From a virus (Duplodnaviria; Caudoviricetes), in IMG/VR virus record IMGVR_UViG_3300048606_000008, positions 1 through 25,527 of that record: DNA of 25,527 bases; one strand, given 5' to 3'. The notes beneath the pieces were generated by a model. That model was not told where the DNA came from. It worked only from the letters and a program-made list of their open reading frames with translations, and ran no database searches. This document shows positions 17,955 to 25,495 of this stretch, piece after piece. The translations under genes were made by a program, and so were the position numbers. Within the stretch, counting starts at the first letter, position 1. Each line of letters begins with the position of its first letter.

Positions 17955-19772
17955 ATGGCGAAGATCCTCTATGCCGGTAGCGCGTCCGACTTCGTAGTCT
18001 CCGAGACCACCGTCCTCGCATCCCCCAGCGGGACCGTGGATATCCTGAAGCTCAACCCTGGAGCTTCCCTGGAGGCGTGGTCCGCTGGCACCTCAGGTTC
18101 GCAAGTCACCGACCTCGCACTGTTCACCGGCGACTACGCGGTGCCGGGTGGAGCAGCACCCGCCGGGCTGTTCCCGGCGCAGGCGAGCTCCACCTTCCTG
18201 TTCTGGGCAGAGGACACCCTCGACGAGATCTACGTCGTCGGCGCCGGACTGGGCGTTACTGCGGCTCAGCGGTGGTACGCCCGCCCCATCAACGACATCG
18301 CCCGCCTCCGCGCATTGGAGGCGCTGGACCCGATCTCGTCGTCCGAAAAGGGTGACCCGCTTGGCGTCGCGCCCCTGGATGCCAGCGGACTGGTCGACCC
18401 CTCCTACCTCCCTGCCTCTGGCGTCTCCGGCGTCATCGACATCACCAGCCCTGTCGGTGGTACCGAGTCCGGGCATGTGGTCCTCTCCACCGCCGACCTG
18501 GGTGCGATGCCGACCTCGTGGACCATCTCCCCCGGTACTGCGATGACCGGCGGTGGTAGCGGTGCGGCGAACCGAACCCTCAGTGTTGCCCTCGGCACCT
18601 CTGCTGGCACCGCCGCCGAGGGCAATCACACGCACGGCGGGTTCACCACTTCCCCGCGCCCGGTGTTCGTGCAGGTACTGTCCACTGACTCCCCGGCCGC
18701 ATGGAAGACCGCCGCCGCCGCCGACGCCACCCACACTCTGGTGTGCGACGGCACCAATGACGAGGTGCAGATCCAGGCTGGTATCGATCTTGCCGCGCCG
18801 CTGCAATCCCGCAATGCCGGGATGCCTGCGGGAGCGGAGCAGATCGGCCGCGTGCAGTTGTCCGGTGGCCGATTCAACATCGGTGCAGCCGGAATCAAGA
18901 TGCGTACCGCCGTGAGCCTCATGGGCAACGGCAAGGGCACCGAGGTTCGTGCGGTCTCCTGCAACCAGCCCGGCATGATCTCCCTCGCCAGCGCCAACGA
19001 CCACCTGTGTGAAGTCAGAGACATGTACCTCCAGGGCAACTCAGGTTCGGGCGGGACCTGCTCGGCGATCAACTTCGACATGACCGCTTCGGGGAACACG
19101 TCGACCTACCCGGACACAAACCCGGACTCCGACCACTTGATCGAGAATCTCTTCATCGACGAGTTCCGCGGCACCAACAGGCATGGCGTCTACCTGCACT
19201 CGACGGGTACGGCGAATAACCGCGGCAACATCGTCAAGGACTTGCAGATCCGTGACTGCACCGGCGGCTGCGGCGTCTACTTCGACGGCGCCTCTGACTC
19301 ATACATCGAGACCTGTCACGTCGGCGGCTCCGGTGACACCGGTTACCGAATTGCCGGCGGCAACACGAAGATGATCGGGAATAAGAGCTTCTACTCCAAC
19401 GCCAACGGTGTCTGGGTCACCTCCGGCCGGGTGAACATCACCGGGCATGAGTCGCAGGACGACTCGACCGGCTACTTCTTCGATGGCGTTCCCGGCACCG
19501 CGGTCGGCCTGGTCTGCGACACCTCCGACGTAGCGGGGATCCGGGTGTCGAACGACCGGCTTCAGATCATCGGCTTCAACGTCTTCGTACGCAGCAATGG
19601 TCGCTATGGGCCGACCGGTGGTAGCGGCGTGAATCAGCAGAAGGGCCTCTGGTTCGACAGCGGAACCGCATTCACGAACTGCGCGATCATCGGCAATGTC
19701 GAGAATCAGGACATCACTACCCCCGTATCCGGCCCGGCCGCGACGGGTACGTATCTGGTGACGATCTCATGA
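17955..19772 (+). CDS. Tailspike / receptor-binding protein with right-handed beta-helix (pectin-lyase-like), putative depolymerase
   Basis: GVAPLDASGLVDPSYLP and AAEGNHTH fibre motifs; CDGTNDEVQIQAGID...GRVQLSGGRF beta-helix start; repeating N/G-rich strands. Confidence 0.78.
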   Translation: MAKILYAGSASDFVVSETTVLASPSGTVDILKLNPGASLEAWSAGTSGSQVTDLALFTGDYAVPGGAAPAGLFPAQASSTFLFWAEDTLDEIYVVGAGLGVTAAQRWYARPINDIARLRALEALDPISSSEKGDPLGVAPLDASGLVDPSYLPASGVSGVIDITSPVGGTESGHVVLSTADLGAMPTSWTISPGTAMTGGGSGAANRTLSVALGTSAGTAAEGNHTHGGFTTSPRPVFVQVLSTDSPAAWKTAAAADATHTLVCDGTNDEVQIQAGIDLAAPLQSRNAGMPAGAEQIGRVQLSGGRFNIGAAGIKMRTAVSLMGNGKGTEVRAVSCNQPGMISLASANDHLCEVRDMYLQGNSGSGGTCSAINFDMTASGNTSTYPDTNPDSDHLIENLFIDEFRGTNRHGVYLHSTGTANNRGNIVKDLQIRDCTGGCGVYFDGASDSYIETCHVGGSGDTGYRIAGGNTKMIGNKSFYSNANGVWVTSGRVNITGHESQDDSTGYFFDGVPGTAVGLVCDTSDVAGIRVSNDRLQIIGFNVFVRSNGRYGPTGGSGVNQQKGLWFDSGTAFTNCAIIGNVENQDITTPVSGPAATGTYLVTIS

Positions 19773-20125
19773 TCACCGCTCCTGAGCCCTCGCCGCTCAC
19801 CCCGGCCCAGGAGGTGAGGGTGAGGCAACTGGTCGCGGACGGGATCAAGTCCTGGTACGCGGCACCGCTCACCGCGAAGGACCGTGACGGGAAGACCTAC
19901 AGCCCCTACCAGGCGGACGTTCGCGGGGTCTACGGGTACGACGTAGCCCGTGACGGTGGGCTGCTGGAGAAGCGCTCCGACGCCCTGGAGACCTCAGTCC
20001 GCGCCCTCGACGCAGCCCTCAAGGCGAACGGGGTCGAGGACGATGCGCTCACCGCTGCGATGGTCGACATGACGGCGCGGGTGGCTGAGATCAGGGTTGC
20101 ACTGGCCAAGCCGCTCCTGCCCTGA
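19769..20125 (+). CDS. Hypothetical protein, C-terminal coiled coil
   Basis: ATGA overlap; 118 aa; C-terminus resembles endolysin C-terminus. Confidence 0.65.
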   Translation: MITAPEPSPLTPAQEVRVRQLVADGIKSWYAAPLTAKDRDGKTYSPYQADVRGVYGYDVARDGGLLEKRSDALETSVRALDAALKANGVEDDALTAAMVDMTARVAEIRVALAKPLLP

Positions 20126-20148
20126 TCGGCAAGAGGAAGTGGGATGAG

Positions 20149-20736
20149 GTGATGGTGTTCGTGAAGAAGAAAATGTGGCTTCTCCGCTGGCAGTCCCGAT
20201 TAGCGGTGACGCCGTTCTCACTGTTCCTTTCACTCGCCCTGGTCCCGGTGGGTATCACTGCCGCCGTTCTCGGCAGTGAAGTGTCCAAGGCGATCACCAA
20301 CGTCCTCCCCGGTGAGCCCATCCCGCATGTCTGGGGAGTGCTGCTGGCAGCGGCCGGCGCGACGACCCTGTTCGGGATCGGCCGCAACTCCTGGCTCGGC
20401 GAATACGTCGGCCTGCAACTGATGTCGTTCGGGCTTCTGTTCTACGCAGTCTGCTGCTACATCGGCCTCGGTATCGGCGGCATCGTCTCCGGCTCCTTCG
20501 CGCTCGCCTACACCGTCGCCTGCTGGTACCGGTCCCGGAAGCTGTACGAGGACGCGAAGATCAGCGCGCAGGAGCACCACGACGAATCCGCCGCCTCAGC
20601 TAGAGCGTCCAGCGCCAGCGCGGACCGGTCCTCAGTCAGCGCAGAGGAGTCGAAGCAGTCAGCGCAGGAAGCCAGCGACTCCGCCGACAGGTCGGAAGAC
20701 GCTGCCAATCGGGGGGACCGGAGGACTGATGGATGA
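20149..20736 (+). CDS. Membrane protein (about 4 TM helices) with Ser/Ala-rich tail; lysis-cassette associated
   Basis: Four hydrophobic stretches; low-complexity SAASARASSASADRS tail; exact start uncertain. Confidence 0.7.
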   Translation: MMVFVKKKMWLLRWQSRLAVTPFSLFLSLALVPVGITAAVLGSEVSKAITNVLPGEPIPHVWGVLLAAAGATTLFGIGRNSWLGEYVGLQLMSFGLLFYAVCCYIGLGIGGIVSGSFALAYTVACWYRSRKLYEDAKISAQEHHDESAASARASSASADRSSVSAEESKQSAQEASDSADRSEDAANRGDRRTDG

Positions 20737-21157
20737 CAGCGTCACAAGGTTCGTCCTGCAGGTCTTCGCCGTTCTCCTCGGAGGTGGGAGTGTCCAGCTC
20801 CTCCTGCGTCTCGCATTCAAGAAGAGCGATCTGCGGAAGGTCAACACCGAGTCAGACTCGGTAGTCGTCACAGCAGCCAACAACCAGGTCGTTCGGCTGG
20901 AAGCCGAACTCACCCGGGCCTTCGGGGAAGTCGAGAAGCTCCGCACCGAACTCAGCAGTGAGCGGACCTCACGGTCAGCACAGATCACCGAGGTGCAGCG
21001 GATCCACACCCAACTGGCCGTCGATGCGCAGGACCGCAGCAACGAGATGGTCGAAGAGTTCCGCAAGGAGAACGAGCGACTCAACAAGGTCATCGCGAAA
21101 CTCCAGATCGACCTGTCCCGCGCGAACGCCAAGATCAGCATCCTGGAAGGCAAATGA
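20729..21157 (+). CDS. Single-TM coiled-coil protein
   Basis: N-terminal FVLQVFAVLLGGGSVQLLL followed by heptad-rich region; precedes endolysin. Confidence 0.75.
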   Translation: MDDSVTRFVLQVFAVLLGGGSVQLLLRLAFKKSDLRKVNTESDSVVVTAANNQVVRLEAELTRAFGEVEKLRTELSSERTSRSAQITEVQRIHTQLAVDAQDRSNEMVEEFRKENERLNKVIAKLQIDLSRANAKISILEGK

Positions 21158-21160
21158 CCC

Positions 21161-21934
21161 ATGGCGCTCTACCCTGGGGCAATCCAGCGCCCCATCCCAC
21201 CAGGCGCGAACGACCCGCGCATCACTGTCATCGGTGCGATCCTGCACACCGACGCCGGCAACTCCAAGAGCCTGTTCGGGTACTTCAACGGCCCGTCCGG
21301 TGGGATCGAATCCCACTTCCACATCCCCAAGGTCGGCAAGCCTGAGCAGTACCGCGACACCGCGTGGGAGGCGGACGCCAACCTCCACGGCAACAGCTTC
21401 CTCCGCAACGGGAAGCTCTACGGCTATGCGTCGATCGAGACGCAGGGCTACGCCACCGACGAGTGGAACCCCTACCAGTTGGCGGAGATCAAGAAGCTCC
21501 TCCTGTGGCTGTCGCAGACCCACAAGTTCCCCCTCGTGAAGTGCGCCTCGGCGACATCGCCGGGCGTCGGCTACCACACGATGTGGGGTGCACCAGGTCC
21601 TTGGACTCCTGTGGCGAAGGACTGCCCGGGAGCGAAGCGGATCAAGCAGTTCGGCCACACCCTCGTGCCGTGGTTCCAGGCCACCCACACCACACCACCG
21701 GAGGATGACATGGCAGGAGAAGGACCCGCGATCCTCGCGGCAGTGCAGGACATCCAGGCGAAGTCGCTGTCCCGGTACCAGCGGTCCGAGGTGATCTACG
21801 GGGCACTGGCCGCCGCCATCGGCGCTCTCGCTGCGCAGGTGAAGTCCGAGGATGTCACCGACGACGCGGCTCTCACCAAAGCTGTCGCCGACCTGAAGAC
21901 CGCCATCGATACCCCGGCGCCCACCAACCCCTGA
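21161..21934 (+). CDS. Endolysin, N-acetylmuramoyl-L-alanine amidase (Amidase_2-like)
   Basis: ILHTDAG, SHFHI, SIETQG, GYH, KDCPG zinc-amidase motifs. Confidence 0.88.
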   Translation: MALYPGAIQRPIPPGANDPRITVIGAILHTDAGNSKSLFGYFNGPSGGIESHFHIPKVGKPEQYRDTAWEADANLHGNSFLRNGKLYGYASIETQGYATDEWNPYQLAEIKKLLLWLSQTHKFPLVKCASATSPGVGYHTMWGAPGPWTPVAKDCPGAKRIKQFGHTLVPWFQATHTTPPEDDMAGEGPAILAAVQDIQAKSLSRYQRSEVIYGALAAAIGALAAQVKSEDVTDDAALTKAVADLKTAIDTPAPTNP

Positions 21935-21961
21935 CGGTCGCCGACCGCGAATGGAGTCATC

Positions 21962-22159
21962 ATGAACATCTCCAAGTACTGGAAAGCCATCGTCGGCTTC
22001 GTTGCCCCCGGCGCCGTATTCATCGGCTCGGCCGTCACTGTCGGCTCCGAAGGCGGATCCACGATCACGACCTCCGAGTGGGTCACTGCCCTCGTGGCGT
22101 GCGTCGTCACTGCCGCCGGCGTGGCCGCGGTCTCGAACAAGCCTGCCCAGCAGGACTGA
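21962..22159 (+). CDS. Holin
   Basis: 65 aa, two TM segments, YWKAIVGFV and ITTSEWVTAL motifs; directly after endolysin. Confidence 0.8.
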   Translation: MNISKYWKAIVGFVAPGAVFIGSAVTVGSEGGSTITTSEWVTALVACVVTAAGVAAVSNKPAQQD

Positions 22160-22162
22160 CCC

Positions 22163-22315
22163 ATGACCGTCTTCTACCTGCTGCTGATGACGGTGGCGTT
22201 CGTGTTCTTCGTCCTCGCCACCTTCAACGTCGCGGTCCGCTTCAACCTCGTTGCGGCGGGCCTCGCACTCTGGGCGCTCATCCCCGCGCTGCAGTTGCTG
22301 CAAGCCCTCACCTGA
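22163..22315 (+). CDS. Small two-TM membrane protein (50 aa)
   Basis: Translated by hand: MTVFYLLLMTVAFVFFVLATFNVAVRFNLVAAGLALWALIPALQLLQALT; CAGGA RBS; not in ORF track. Confidence 0.7.
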   Translation: MTVFYLLLMTVAFVFFVLATFNVAVRFNLVAAGLALWALIPALQLLQALT

Positions 22316-22327
22316 CCGGAGCCAGCC

Positions 22328-22441
22328 ATGCCTGACGAAACCCGCTACGAGCTCGTCATCACCGGCGACGCCGAAGTCACCAAGGCCGCGGACATCGCTG
22401 CCCGACAGGCCGAAGAGGCCGAGAAGGAGAACGACCGATGA
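22328..22441 (+). CDS. Small hypothetical protein (37 aa)
   Basis: MPDETRYELVITGDAEVTKAADIAARQAEEAEKENDR; GGAG RBS; ATGA overlap with next gene. Confidence 0.65.
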   Translation: MPDETRYELVITGDAEVTKAADIAARQAEEAEKENDR

Positions 22442-22833
22442 CCGCTGGTCTTCACGCCGTCAACCTGGCGAACAAGTGGCTCAACATGCTGTCCGGTACG
22501 GCATTCACTGCCCCGACGAACACGTACGCCGAACTCCACACCGCAGACCCGGGTTCCGCGGGAACGACCGCTACCTCCTCGGTGACGACCCGCGTGATCT
22601 TCGCCTGGTCCGCTGCTTCCGCCGGCTCGAAGTCGATCACCACGACTCTCCCGGCGTGGACGAACTGGGCGGGCACGAACAACGAGGTCGTGACCCACGT
22701 CGCCGTGTGGGACGCCCTGACTTCCGGCAACTTCCTGTACTCGTACGCCCTGACCGCGAGCAAGACCGTGGGGACCGGCGACACCCTGACCCTCACCTCG
22801 CACTCCGCCGCCCTGACGCCCCTCGCAGCCTGA
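22438..22833 (+). CDS. Small virion structural / tail-fibre-like protein
   Basis: LHTADPGSAGT, VTHVAVWDALTSGNFL, KTVGTGDTLT motifs of a common ~130-aa phage structural family; AAGGAG RBS. Confidence 0.72.
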   Translation: MTAGLHAVNLANKWLNMLSGTAFTAPTNTYAELHTADPGSAGTTATSSVTTRVIFAWSAASAGSKSITTTLPAWTNWAGTNNEVVTHVAVWDALTSGNFLYSYALTASKTVGTGDTLTLTSHSAALTPLAA

Positions 22834-22850
22834 TCTACCGGAGGTGAGCG

Positions 22851-24119
22851 ATGGGCACCTTCGTAGGCACTAGTGCGAACGGCGGCAACGTCACCGCGCT
22901 CACCACCGCCAACAGCACTCCGGTCACCTGGCCCACAGTTCAGGCTGGCGACCTCGCGATCCTCGCGTGGACGATGCAGAACACTGCCACCCCGACCGAC
23001 CCGACCTCGCAGGCCTTCACCCTGGTCGGGACTCTCGACGACGGGTCCTGTAGGTCCAGGGTCCTGAAGCGGGTCTGCACGGGCAGCGAGTCCGGGACCA
23101 TCTCGGGCTGGTTGAACTCGATCCAGAACCGGCAGACAGCCGTCCTGTTTGTGGTGCGGGGTTACAGCGATGTCTCAGCGGCAGTGTCCCTCGCGGAGCC
23201 CGGCACCTCCACGACCCACGACTGCCCCTCGGTAGGTACCGGCAATGGCGCGGTCAACGGCGACTCCGTCATCGTCATCGGCACCGACCGATCCGGTGCA
23301 ACCACCACCGCCACTCCGCCGGCCGGGTGGTCGAAGCGCCCCACCAGCGAGTTCGGTCTCGCCCTGTCCGGCGGCACCTATACGGGTATCGCGGATGACG
23401 GGCTCACCACTGCTCAGATGTTCCCAGTGGATCCGTCCACCTGGACGATGGCCAGCGGTAGCACCTCGGTCACGTGGACGCTGGCGCTCAGACGCAACGC
23501 CCTCAACGGAACCGGCGACCGCACGGCTACGGCCACACTCTCGGGTGCTGCGTCCCTTGCGATGGGAGCAGTCGGAACCCTTGCCGCTGTCGCTGCTCTC
23601 ACAGGGGCTGCGACAGGAACCAAGCCGGGCCTCGGAGATCTCGCAGCCACGGCCCTGCTCACGGGTGCTGCGACCGTGGCGAAGACTTCCAGTGGCAATC
23701 TCTCGGCGACCGCGACCCTTACCGGTGCTGCCGCGGTGATCCACAACCCAGCAGGAACGGGTGATCTCACTGCCACTGCGACACTCTCCGGTGCCGCTCT
23801 GGTGGACCTCAAGGCTTCAGGTGACCGCTCGGCTACGGCCCTACTGACAGGCGCTGGAACGCTCACCAGGGTCACAGCAGGGGATCTCTCGGCCGTCGTC
23901 ACGTTGGCCGGCTCAGCCCTCGTCCTCAAGCCCGCCGCGGGCGATCTTGCAGCAACAGCAACCCTCACGGGCGCGGCTGAGGTCTATCCCCACTTCGACC
24001 CTGCCGTAAGGACCACCGCAACGGCCCGCCGGGCAACTGCTACAGCGACTGTCCGCGCGGGGAGTACCGCCACCGCCCGTCGTACGTCTGCCACTGCCAC
24101 TGTCAGGAGCCCAGCATGA
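22851..24119 (+). CDS. Putative virion fibre/adhesin protein: N-terminal beta domain plus eight 20-aa repeats
   Basis: GGAGG RBS; paralogous to the N-terminus of 15001..16992. Confidence 0.75.
   Translation: MGTFVGTSANGGNVTALTTANSTPVTWPTVQAGDLAILAWTMQNTATPTDPTSQAFTLVGTLDDGSCRSRVLKRVCTGSESGTISGWLNSIQNRQTAVLFVVRGYSDVSAAVSLAEPGTSTTHDCPSVGTGNGAVNGDSVIVIGTDRSGATTTATPPAGWSKRPTSEFGLALSGGTYTGIADDGLTTAQMFPVDPSTWTMASGSTSVTWTLALRRNALNGTGDRTATATLSGAASLAMGAVGTLAAVAALTGAATGTKPGLGDLAATALLTGAATVAKTSSGNLSATATLTGAAAVIHNPAGTGDLTATATLSGAALVDLKASGDRSATALLTGAGTLTRVTAGDLSAVVTLAGSALVLKPAAGDLAATATLTGAAEVYPHFDPAVRTTATARRATATATVRAGSTATARRTSATATVRSPA
23508..23990 (+). repeat. Eight ~20-aa repeats G(D/N)(L/R)xATAxLxGAA
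   Basis: Read from the translation, e.g. GDRTATATLSGAA, GDLAATALLTGAA, GNLSATATLTGAA, GDLAATATLTGAA. Confidence 0.85.
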
Positions 24120-24451
24120 CCGTTGGTTTCAAGCAGGGCGACCTGGAACCCTCCCTCATCATCGACCTGTGGGGCGGGGGCGCGAACCTGAACAGCGTTG
24201 TGAGTTGGCGGCTGATCGGGAGGATGCGCGGCACCACGACGCTGTTGATCGACAGCAACGAGACCGCGAACGTGGTGGTCAACCCGACCGATGCGACGAG
24301 GGCTGTCCTCACCCACCGATGGGCGATCCCAGAGACCGCGACTCTCGGCCTGCTGCTACTGGAGGTGGAGGCACACTGGCCGGGCGCTCCTCAGCGTCCC
24401 CAGACCTTCCCAAGGGATCAAGTCAGGATCACCGATGACCTCGACCCGTAA
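24116..24451 (+). CDS. BppU-N-like small structural protein
   Basis: KQGDLEPSL N-terminus, W...ET...G...EVE..W...QTFP pattern; ATGA overlap. Confidence 0.6.
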   Translation: MTVGFKQGDLEPSLIIDLWGGGANLNSVVSWRLIGRMRGTTTLLIDSNETANVVVNPTDATRAVLTHRWAIPETATLGLLLLEVEAHWPGAPQRPQTFPRDQVRITDDLDP

Positions 24452-24467
24452 CCCCCAGGCATACGAA

Positions 24468-24510
24468 GGCGCCCACATCCCCGTCCGGATGTGGGCGCCG
24501 CTTCTGCGTT
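24468..24510 (+). terminator. Intrinsic terminator-like hairpin ending the late operon
   Basis: 13-bp perfect stem GGCGCCCACATCC/GGATGTGGGCGCC, 6-nt loop, followed by GCTTCTGCGTT. Confidence 0.75.
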
Positions 24511-24513
24511 CGG

Positions 24514-24522
24514 TGCTATCGT
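24514..24522 (+). promoter_or_regulatory. Extended -10 promoter element TGcTATCGT
   Basis: Matches TGnTAnnnT; 7 nt upstream of A24530, the first base of the terminal inverted repeat. Confidence 0.55.
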
Positions 24523-24529
24523 CGATTCC

Positions 24530-24618
24530 AGACCTTGGCGGTCTAGTGTCGACGGTTCAATTCCGCGCCCACCCATGCGGGAGGTAGCTCAGTGGTAGAG
24601 CAGTGACCGCCAAGGTCT
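24530..24618 (+). ncRNA. Circularly permuted tRNA-like ncRNA (YrlA/Y-RNA-like topology)
   Basis: 14-bp terminal stem AGACCTTGGCGGTC/GACCGCCAAGGTCT enclosing a T-arm (CGG-TTCAATT-CCG), a loop-closed acceptor-like stem and TA-GCTC-AGTGGTA-GAGC-A D-arm. Confidence 0.7.
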
Positions 24619-25173
24619 TCACCGTTTCTCGAACACCAGCACCAGCGCCATGCCGAAGAACGCCAACGGTCCCCGCTCCACCCAGTCAGTGAACGGGCGG
24701 ATGCGCTTCCCTAACCCGTTCCGGTCGAACGGCGGCATCATCCACTCCACCCCCACCAGCGTGAGGCCGTGAGAGGCCGCCTGACGGGACAACCCACCCT
24801 TCGTGAACGCCCGCGCATCCGACCACCTGCGATGCAGCGGAGCCACCCACGGAAGCCCCGGCGCAACCCATGAACGCCTGCGCTTGCCCGCAATCACAGG
24901 GCCGTGGGTCTCGAACGGAAACCACCGGTTCGGGGTAGTGACACAGAACCTGCCCCCCGGCCTCAATACCCGGTGCACCTCGGCGAGAGTGCCATCCAGG
25001 TCCGCGACATGCTCGAGCACCTCGATCGCCGTCACCATGTCGAACGTGGCGTCCTCGAACTTCACGAACGTAGTCGGGTAGCCGTGGGCATCAACGTGGG
25101 ACTCGACAGCAGCCCGTACAGTGCCCTGCCACGTCAGGCACTGGCCGGACTTCAGATCACTGAGGCTGGTCAC
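24619..25173 (-). CDS. Chimeric, N-truncated class I SAM-dependent methyltransferase (Methyltransf_11-like); possibly a pseudogene
   Basis: FEDATFDMVTAIEVLEHV...EVHRVLRPGGRFCVTTPN present, but the glycine-rich SAM-binding motif I is absent. Confidence 0.7.
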   Translation of the reverse strand: MTSLSDLKSGQCLTWQGTVRAAVESHVDAHGYPTTFVKFEDATFDMVTAIEVLEHVADLDGTLAEVHRVLRPGGRFCVTTPNRWFPFETHGPVIAGKRRRSWVAPGLPWVAPLHRRWSDARAFTKGGLSRQAASHGLTLVGVEWMMPPFDRNGLGKRIRPFTDWVERGPLAFFGMALVLVFEKR

Positions 25174-25352
25174 GGCGCATCCAATGCTGCGATGGCGGCG
25201 TCGCCGAGGTTGAACAACTCAGCGACGAGAACAGCCTGCTCCTCATCGGTGGCCCTGCGCCCTTCAGCCTTGCACTGGTCCACGATCTCCTGCGCCCAAG
25301 GAGACAGCGGGCGCTGGCAGGGGCATCCCGGCTTGGCGCAGATCCCCTTCAC
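25170..25352 (-). CDS. Hypothetical protein (60 aa, CAKPGCPC)
   Basis: Probable GTG start at 25352 overlapping the upstream stop (GTGA); its own stop overlaps the next start. Confidence 0.6.
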   Translation of the reverse strand: MKGICAKPGCPCQRPLSPWAQEIVDQCKAEGRRATDEEQAVLVAELFNLGDAAIAALDAP

Positions 25353-25495
25353 GACGGCGCCTCGGTGCTCAGGATCTCGGCCTGCTGGAGGATCTCGATG
25401 TTCTCCGCGCTCTCGCCGCACATGTTCTCGATGTCGCTGACGATCTGATTCCAGTGGCTGAGCGGCATCCGAACCGTCACCATCGCCTCGCTCAC
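25349..25495 (-). CDS. Hypothetical protein (48 aa)
   Basis: Translated by hand: MSEAMVTVRMPLSHWNQIVSDIENMCGESAENIEILQQAEILSTEAPS; GTGA overlaps at both ends. Confidence 0.6.
   Translation of the reverse strand: MSEAMVTVRMPLSHWNQIVSDIENMCGESAENIEILQQAEILSTEAPS

Noticed and set aside
15646-23990. Diversity-generating retroelement or invertible tail-fibre cassette suggested by the duplicated repeats
   Set aside because: Copies are diverged at synonymous positions without an obvious adenine-specific pattern; no reverse transcriptase or invertase in the window
24530-24618. attP/attL site in a tRNA fragment
   Set aside because: No integrase in the window, no second copy of the sequence, and phage-like small genes continue beyond it; cannot be supported here
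24577-24650. Canonical tRNA-Gly(GCC) gene (GCGGGAGGTAGCTCAGTGGTAGAGCA...GCCAAGGTC)
   Set aside because: Resembles a tRNA-Gly 5' half, but the anticodon loop lacks the preceding YU and no T-arm or acceptor 3' strand follows; the T-arm lies upstream, so it was reported as a permuted mimic instead
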